A stretch of DNA of 64,000 bases from the human T2T-CHM13v2.0 reference genome, Homo sapiens, in the NCBI RefSeq assembly GCF_009914755.1, contig NC_060938.1. One strand, written 5' to 3'. The notes beneath the pieces are model-generated. The model saw nothing but the letters and a program-made list of their open reading frames with translations, did not search any database and was not told where the DNA came from. Positions 55,761 through 64,000 of the stretch are shown here, piece by piece. Each line of letters begins with the position of its first letter. Position 1 is the stretch's first letter. The translations under genes and the position numbers were made by a program.

Positions 55761-56629
55761 TAGACAAGAAGCCAATAAAGAAATAAAGATCAAGCCTTAC
55801 TTTCTGAAAAACCAAAAGAAAGAAACAGTGAAAGAATGCGCTATGGAATGGAGACAAATGTTGGGGGAAACAGAAAGTAAGTGTGGGGCTGGAGCGGGAG
55901 GGGCATGAGGTTTTGGAGAGGATGATCAAGGCACTCCTATCCCCAGGGGAGAGGTGGTGCCAGTGTCTCAGGACAGGGTGACAGTTCAGAGAGGTGACCT
56001 GACAACGTGCCTGGCCACCCCAAGCTTCTGGATAGAGTTTTGTACTCAGTTCTTACAGAGTATTGTCTTGTCCCAGAAGTGCTTTTGGAAATAGCATCAT
56101 TCATTCATTCATTCATTCATTCATCCATTCCTTCACTGAGTCTCTACTCTGAGCTGGACAGGCAAGAATACACCCTGGCTCCTGCCCCCATGGTACTCAT
56201 GGTCCAGGCTCGAAGTCCCTGTGTCATGATCATGGTTGGGGCAGCAGGACCCAGTTCTCCCCTGAGATTAAGTCTCAGAAGACACCTGGTTAACCAGCCA
56301 AAGTCTGCATGAGGGTGACACTGGCTGGAGAGTGCCGCCCACAGGGAATGCTCAGGTGGTGCCTTATACCTCGTTGGACCCTTCTGAGTGGGAAAGGCAC
56401 CTCCCTGTGTGGCTCCTGCAGGTGCTGCTGGGGCCTAGCACCCTAGCACCTATCTCAAGAAGTCAGACATGGCTGCTGGGGCAGGTGCATGCTGGTCTTG
56501 GACTCTCAGCATCTGTTGTCACTCCTTTCGGTAAAGTATGCTATTTCCTCTTGGGGAGCCACAATCCGCAGTCTGTGTACTCGATCCCTCCTGGGCTTGG
56601 TAGCCTGAATGCCCCATGGTCACAATGAT

Positions 56630-57050
56630 ATGTGCAGGGTGTGTGCCTGGCTCTGGCCTGGGCAGTGGTGACCTTGCAACCCCCTGATCCCAGTGGCTGG
56701 GCCAGAAGTGATTACACAACCAGACAGATGCAGGCAGCACAGATGCCCTGACTTGTAAGCGAGCACTGGGAAGCGGTCTGCACGGGGGACTCTGTCTCTC
56801 TGCTGGAAGGAAAGCCAGGAGGATGTGCGCCTGTCTTGGCAGCCGCCATATCACCGCTGTGAGAGAAGCTGCTGAGAGTGGAGGTGCAGCAAGTAGAGCC
56901 CAGAGATGGGAAGAAAGAGACTGGCTCCTGCTGGGTCTAACCGGACCCCTGTGGATCAAACCACATCTGATTCTCCTTATGTAAGCTGATCAATTCCCCG
57001 TCTACTTGAACCGGTTTGAGTTGGGTTTCTGCCCCTTGTCATAGAAGGGA
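56630..57050 (+). mobile_element. Old ERVL-MaLR LTR remnant (MLT1J/K/L-like)
   Basis: ggatcaaaccacatctga...ttgaaccggtttgagttgggtttctgccccttg resembles an MLT1 3' end. Confidence 0.5.
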
Positions 57051-57549
57051 TGTTGGCGATACTCCTTCAGTGCACTCTGGCCTTCACCCCACATGGGGAT
57101 GGCCACCCCCAGGTTGAGGAGCTCTAGGGGGCCGTCCTATTCATCCTCGGCCATCCTGGGCTCTCCTGCCTGGCTGCTGCCTCACTCTATCCCTGCTGTC
57201 ACCCAGTTCCCTTTGTCCCTCGAAGCTTGAACTTTGAGTCCAGCCACAGGTTCAGCTTTTCTGGCTCGACACATTGTCCTTGGTTTTGGCCTTATCTGCT
57301 GGTTTCTGATGGCCTCAGATACTGTCCACCAATGAGGCTCAACACCTCGGACCTGACCCCAGAATTAGCCTGATCCTGCCTCCAAAGAATTACAATTTGT
57401 CAAACAAACTCCCTCCTCATTTTTGTTTCATGCCAGTAGAGTGGGGCGGGGGGCTGCCCCGGTACAGCCCTCTGTCATTACTGCTGCTCTGGGAAGCCTA
57501 ACATCACCAACATTATGCATCCCACTTCGTAGTTTGCAGAAATCTTTCA

Positions 57550-57867
57550 TGCAGTGGACTGAATATTTGTGTCACCCCCCGCAAAAAAATTCCTATGTTG
57601 AAATCCTAACCCCTAATGTGATGGTATTGGGAGGTGGGGAGGTCTTTGGGGGGCGATTAGATCATGAGGGTGGACCCACATGAATGGAAAGTTCTCTCAT
57701 CAAAGGGACCCCAGAGAGCTCTCTCGCCCCCATTCTGCCAGGTGAGGATGTAATAAGACGGCCCTCTGCAACCCGGAAGAACTCAACCTTGCTGGCACTT
57801 TGCTCTTGCACTTCCAGCCTCTAAAGCTGCAAGAAATAAATCTCTGTTGTTTCTCCAAGCTAAGACA
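57550..57867 (+). mobile_element. ERVL-MaLR solo LTR (MLT1A-like)
   Basis: tggactgaatatttgtgtc...tatgttgaaatcctaacccctaatgtgatggtatt...aataaatctctgttgtt...taagaca. Confidence 0.85.
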
Positions 57868-57899
57868 TCTCACATACATTTTCTAATTTGATCACACAG

Positions 57900-58322
57900 G
57901 AGCCCTGCAGTGCACTGCCCAGATGCCCTGGGAGGGCTGGTGCATTTTGGTGTGCCCCCCTCCCAGCAGCAGTGTGCCTTTGTCTCCAACTGCAACCCCT
58001 GCAGCCTGCCCTCTGGCTATGGGTCCAGCAGCTTTGCCCACACAGGAGCAGCCAGGAAGGCCAGGCAGTTTGCTCCCTTCCTCCTCCCACATGGTGGCAC
58101 TGATGACAGGTGTCCCAGCTCCTTTGCCTCCAATGGGCTCTAACAACTTACACCCCGGAGCTCCCTGCAGGACCAAGCTGAGGCTGCCCCCAGCAGGACA
58201 TTGCCTGAAACTGCTACCCTGGCTTTGCTTCCTGCAAACATCCCTGTTTCCCAGAAGCACTTCCTTAATAAATCACTTGCATTGAACCCTTATCTCAGGT
58301 CTGTTTCTGGGGAACACATTGA
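57900..58322 (+). mobile_element. ERVL LTR (LTR16-like)
   Basis: gcacttccttaataaatcacttgca...tctcaggtctgtttctggggaac resembles the LTR16 3' end. Confidence 0.65.
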
Positions 58323-58822
58323 AAGAAATGGCCCTAACTCCCATGAGAGCTAGATATGTTCTTCTACATTTTACAGATCGGGAAGCTAATGCTCAGAGAG
58401 GTTAAGCAACCTGTCTAATATCACACAGCCAGTGAGTGACAGGGTAGGCTTCAAACTCAGTTCTTCTAGACCCCACAACCCAAGGCACTCCATCCTCCAT
58501 TGATTAATTAGATGCCTGGGATTGCAATTAGCAATCAAGACTTCAGAAGCTGGACATTAACACCAGAGCCTTAGAGAGCTCTCTGCAGCCCAGAGTCATC
58601 GTAAACACTGGCCACAGCAGCCACAGCCCTGAGTCTCATCTGCCCTCTCTCCCGAGCCTTGTCCATCCTTTTTCTTGCTCTGTAAGCCAACCATGTGGAT
58701 CCCAGGATGGAACCCTTCATGTCCATCCAGATAGCCCTGAAGAGGAGAAACACAGAGCCCCAGTTGCTGCAGGGTCTGAACCCAACTGTGACTGTTTCTA
58801 CCCTGTGAAAAAGATACTTGTT

Positions 58823-59323
58823 GGGGGAAGGGGGGAGGGATAGCATTAGGAGATATACCTAATGTAAATGACGAGTTAACGGGTGCAGCACACCGGCATG
58901 GCACATGTGTACATATGTAACAAACCTGCACATTGGGCACATGTACCCTAGAACTTAAAGTGTAATTTTAAAAAAATAAAAAAAAGGAAAGAAATGAAAC
59001 TGGTGAAAAAGGGAAATGTATAAACACATACCACAATGGCTGGCTCACTAACTGCAGTCGTCTGAGATACTGCAATGAACAAACTATTTTGAGACTTTCT
59101 GTCGAAAACTGTGATGGGTCACCATGATGGTGACCAAAGAGCCGAGATCCTGAGAAATTTCATTCTTCATACGTGCAGATGTACAAAAAGGACATCTCTC
59201 CATTTACTGAGGAAGTTTCAATGTTCGTACGTACGTGGGCAATACTTATACAAAATGTCAATATTGTGATAATGTGCTTTTGTAGAGTCAAATTTGCAAA
59301 AAAAAAAAAAAAGAAAAGAAAAA
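58823..59323 (+). mobile_element. Short L1PA (L1PA4/5-like) 3' end plus ~310 bp of non-L1 sequence and a second A tail (3' transduction)
   Basis: L1 3'UTR 58823-~58965, A tract ~58970-58985, extra segment to 59297, A tail to 59323. TSD GAAAAAGRTACTTGTT at 58807-58822 and 59324-59339. Confidence 0.88.
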
Positions 59324-59689
59324 GAAAAAGGTACTTGTTATGAAGCCACTGACGAAGGTTTTCTTATATCCATTCAAGGTTTCCCCACCTTGCAGTGTGC
59401 TTAGGGTTCCTTTTGTTTGGGGGAGGGGACAAGAACACTACTGGGCAAATGTGAACATGAAAACACCATGTGACGGATGACCAGTCAGTCACAGGCACGT
59501 GGCTGTGTGATGGCCCCATGTGACTCCTACTGGCTGGCTCCAAGTGCTGCTAGAAGCTGGATCAGAGGCGGAATCCTTGGTGGGCCGCTCAGAGCCGTGA
59601 GCACCCGGGCTCCCTTACACCCATAGGCCTGCAGCATCAGGGGGTCGTGTGAGCTGGGGCTGCCTTCAGAGGAGCTCGTGGCACGGCCG

Positions 59690-59785
59690 AGATGCCCTCC
59701 CTTCTCCCTTACCTACACTACCCTCCTCCCTACCTCCCTCCTCCCTCCCTATGCTCCCCTCCTCCCTACCTGGACTCTCCTCCTT
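59690..59785. repeat. C/T-rich low-complexity tract with repeated cctcctccctacct
   Basis: Directly visible. Confidence 0.75.
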
Positions 59786-60860
59786 CAAGGAGTATTGTTT
59801 GTCTGCACCTGTGCTGACGCTCAATTTTTGACTCCCTGGAGGAACATTCAAAATCCTGCCTTGCCCAAGAAACTCCAAAACATTTAATTTATTCCCAAAA
59901 TTTGCCTCCGGGGCAATTACGAGTTACTGGGCCTAGAAAATCAGTCGGATGGAAAAATGCAGTGAGCCAGGACCAGCAGGGGTCAGTGTGGTATTAGGGA
60001 TGGGAACAGACCCCGGCAGCCTCTGGGGTCAGTGGGTTGTCGCCCGCTGGTGGCTGCAAAGAAAAACAGAAGAAGCTCTGAGATTCCCCCCAGTACCTTT
60101 CAGGAACTCATGTTCCCATACGAGAAATAACCCACAAACCACGAGGTCCCAGAGAGGAAATTAACTGATAACTCCCTGGGATCACCCTGCCCCACCCCCA
60201 AAATAAATGCCAAGCAAACCTTCTAAGCCAGAAGCCAGACAGGTGAACAGGCCGAACCCGGTCCTCAGACCTCCTCTGATGGAACTGGGCATGGCTCTGA
60301 TTTGTTTGAATAAAGCTTTGCATTGAAGTACAACATACAGAAAGAAAACTGTGTATACCGTTCAACAAATTTTGACGACGTCCTCATACTCCATAAATCC
60401 AGAAATGGGGCCAACAAGCGGAACATTCTCAGAAACGTCTTCAGCCTGCACCTTGTTGTGAAACTCACTTAAATTGGTTGCCAACAATAACAGTAACAGA
60501 AAATTTGGATTTCTGTTTTCTCTGGAGAAAATGGAAAGATTCACACAGCGGCTGCCTGCCCGTGCTTGGAACAGCAGTTCATGCCCGGCCCCCTAGCCCA
60601 GGGAAGAGGGGAGCCTGCCCTGTGCCCTCTGTTTTAAAGGCCCTCCCTGTCCTCCTCTTACATGGTCCTTCCCCACAAGGCAAGGACTCCAAAGGCCAGA
60701 AGACATGTCCACCTGGCTCTGTCCTCCCCCTTCTAGATCACACTTCTGCACTCAGGACCCCAGAATTCTGTCTGTGTTTGTATTTTTGAGAGCTGACTGC
60801 CATGGTTCAGGAGCAGCTGTCTGTGACATGAGGAAAGGGCATGTCCAAGATGTTCCAGCT

Positions 60861-61742
<882 letters not shown>

Positions 61743-62472
61743 GATTCCCAGAAGGCTATATTCAAACCCAGCCTTCCTTCTAGGGTGCAAAGGTGCATCT
61801 GTCCAGGTAAAAGGAGAGAGCATATTTTGCTCACAATTCATTAGCTGAATCATATCTTTAAAACGTTTGGACAAATGGCATGTTGTCCTCCATTTGTGCA
61901 GTAGCCCTGGACCAGCATGAGTTAATGGAAGCCTCCCTGAAACTCCAGGTTGTTCTATAGCAGCTGGCTTTAGCTTCATCTTGCCTGTCTGGCCCTGTAG
62001 GTGTTGTGTTTGCAACCCTAGACTTAAAGAATAACAGTTGGGAGAGGGATAGAGGGGATGAAATTATTAGCCAGGCTATTAATTTCAGACTGGTTCTAGT
62101 TCTGTGAATATTTATGAAATCCCATCAAAGTCACCCTGCCCCCACCTTTGTATTGGCTATGGTGGTGGGGGATGGGAGGTGAGGGATTACGATTCTGTTT
62201 CCTGGGAGTACAATGGAGGAACATCCTATGGATTTAAGGAGATGATGTCAGCAGCAGGCCTTACTCACAGTGTGTGCTCACAGACCCTAGCAATGATTGC
62301 CACTGTGGGGGCTCACTGCTCAACAGAGCAGCCCACCTCCCACTAACACCCATTCCCTCATGGTTGGAAGAGTTGGGCAGGGCCTCATCTGCCTTAGAGT
62401 TCTTTAGGGAGCACCTTTCTCCTTGTTTAGTATTTGGGAGGAGGCAAGAGAGAGGAAAGTGCACTAAGGAGA

Positions 62473-62668
62473 GGCCAAGTCTGGCCCACTGCCTGTTTTT
62501 ATAAATAAAGTTTTATTGGAAACACAGCTACACCCATGAGTTTAGTCCTTGTCCATAGCTGTTTAAGTACTGCAATAGGAGCTGAGTCGTTGCAACAGAG
62601 GCCATATAGCCAGCAAAGTAAAAAATAATTACTGTCTGGCCCTCTATAGAAAACGTTTGCCAACCTCA
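62473..62668. mobile_element. MER58A-like hAT-Charlie MITE
   Basis: ggcccactgcctgtttttataaataaagttttattggaaacacagc...tctggccctctatagaaaacgtttgccaacc. Confidence 0.85.
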
Positions 62669-63242
62669 CCAGAGAAGGTAATTCTGAGAATTAGCCCTTC
62701 CTAAAGACCAGGCAAGGTCACCTGGCTAGTCCAGCAGGAAAGTCTCACTTCTTCACCTTCCCTTTTGTCATCTTTGGGGGCAGCTGCCCCTACGGAGCTT
62801 AGGAGGAAGCAGTTCGGTACACAGCTGGCACAGAGAAGGCAGCCCCACAATCATTTGTCCTATCATCCCATCTTTACCCCAAGTAGGTCACTTATCATTA
62901 GCCCTTGGGTTAACAGAGACAGACGGAAGCAGCCTTGGAAGCCACATATGGCTGCACAGTGACAGGTTGTCACTACACAGAGGCATCTGGCCCAGGGGCA
63001 TCCAGGGGCTGACGTGCAGATTGTGCCACTCACCAAGCTGTGTACCCAGTGTGGGCCACCTGTGCCCAGAGGACAAACACCTCCTCTTAGTTTTCATAAA
63101 AGAACCCATGAGGCATATGAGCTAATGTGGTTGCCCTCCAGGGGCTGGGCTGGATATCCATCCTGGCTCTGACCTTGGGCAAGAGACACACATTATCTGA
63201 GCCTCAGTTTCCTCATCAGTAAAATGGGAGCAAGAGTAGCGC

Positions 63243-63710
63243 TGTGCTAGGCTGATGAAGGCCCTCCAAAGATACCCCTTGAACCCATGAATATGTTTCC
63301 TTAGATGGCAAAAGGGACTCTGAAGATGTGACTAAGTCAGGATCTTGAGATGGGAGACCATCCTGCATTATCCAGGTGGGCCCAATGTCATCACAGGGGT
63401 CCCCATGAGAGGGAGCAGGGGGTCAGAGTGAGCTCTCAGAATGTGACAAAGGAAGCCAGAGGTTGGAGTAACGCAAGGAAGGGGCCACAAGCCCGGGGGT
63501 GTAGGCTGCCTTTCCAAGCCAGAAAAGGCAAGGAAACAGATTTTCCCCTGGAGCCTCCAGAAAGACCCAGCCCCACCAACACCTTGACTTTAGCCTAGTG
63601 AGACTAATTTTGGACTTCTAGTATCAGAACTATAAGGTACTAAATTGATGTTGTTTTAAGCACTAAATTTGCAGTCATTGGTGACAGCAGATGTAGGAAA
63701 CTCTACCACA
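63243..63710 (+). mobile_element. MLT1D-like solo LTR inserted into a MIR (~63160-63800)
   Basis: tg...ca termini with a 5-bp TSD AGCGC (63238-63242) / AGCAC (63711-63715). The MIR core lies to the left and the MIR 3' part resumes to the right. Confidence 0.85.
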
Positions 63711-64000
63711 AGCACCTCCCCTAGAGGATCACTGTAGGGATGAACTGAGATGAGGCCTCTAAGCATCCGGTCCCTGGGGCACAGCTTGGAGCTCAGTAAG
63801 TGGGAGCCACTGCCACTCGGTCAATACTGGGGCTTCCGAACCTCTGCCCCTATCCACCTCCTGCCTCTTTCCGGCCCCAGGAACCTCCTGGGGGAAACGA
63901 GGAGTGACCTCTGACCACGTGAGGAAGGGAAGGAGACCATATGGTGGAGATTACAGTCATTGCATCCTCGGCCCCTTCCAGACTTGCCCAACCACGGGAG

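Overview
Primate (almost certainly human) genomic DNA, recognisable as most of the C14orf132 locus (14q32.2) on the + strand. Bases 1-45773 are the long first intron; exon 1 appears to lie just upstream of the window. The terminal exon encodes the last 74 aa of an ~83-aa single-pass membrane microprotein (45774-45998), followed by a ~7 kb 3'UTR ending near 53050 and ~11 kb of downstream sequence. The rest is mostly transposon-derived (Alu, L1, MIR/L2, many MaLR/ERVL LTRs, hAT/mariner MITEs) plus microsatellites. Nearly all ORFs in the supplied track are spurious. I see no CRISPR array, RNA gene or novel multi-gene system. The most interesting observations are: (1) the microprotein's helix resembles class A GPCR TM1, including that of the neighbouring bradykinin receptor B2; (2) a TSD-bounded L1PA 3' transduction; (3) an Alu with a twin-priming-type 5' inversion; (4) an 81-bp dispersed duplication of an E-box/CTCF-like module; (5) a MER53 copy with an exact tandem duplication of its miR-1302-like segment; (6) tandem in-frame splice acceptors. 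Repeat subfamily names and the gene identity come from memory of consensus/reference sequences, not from a search. Boundaries of old repeats are approximate.
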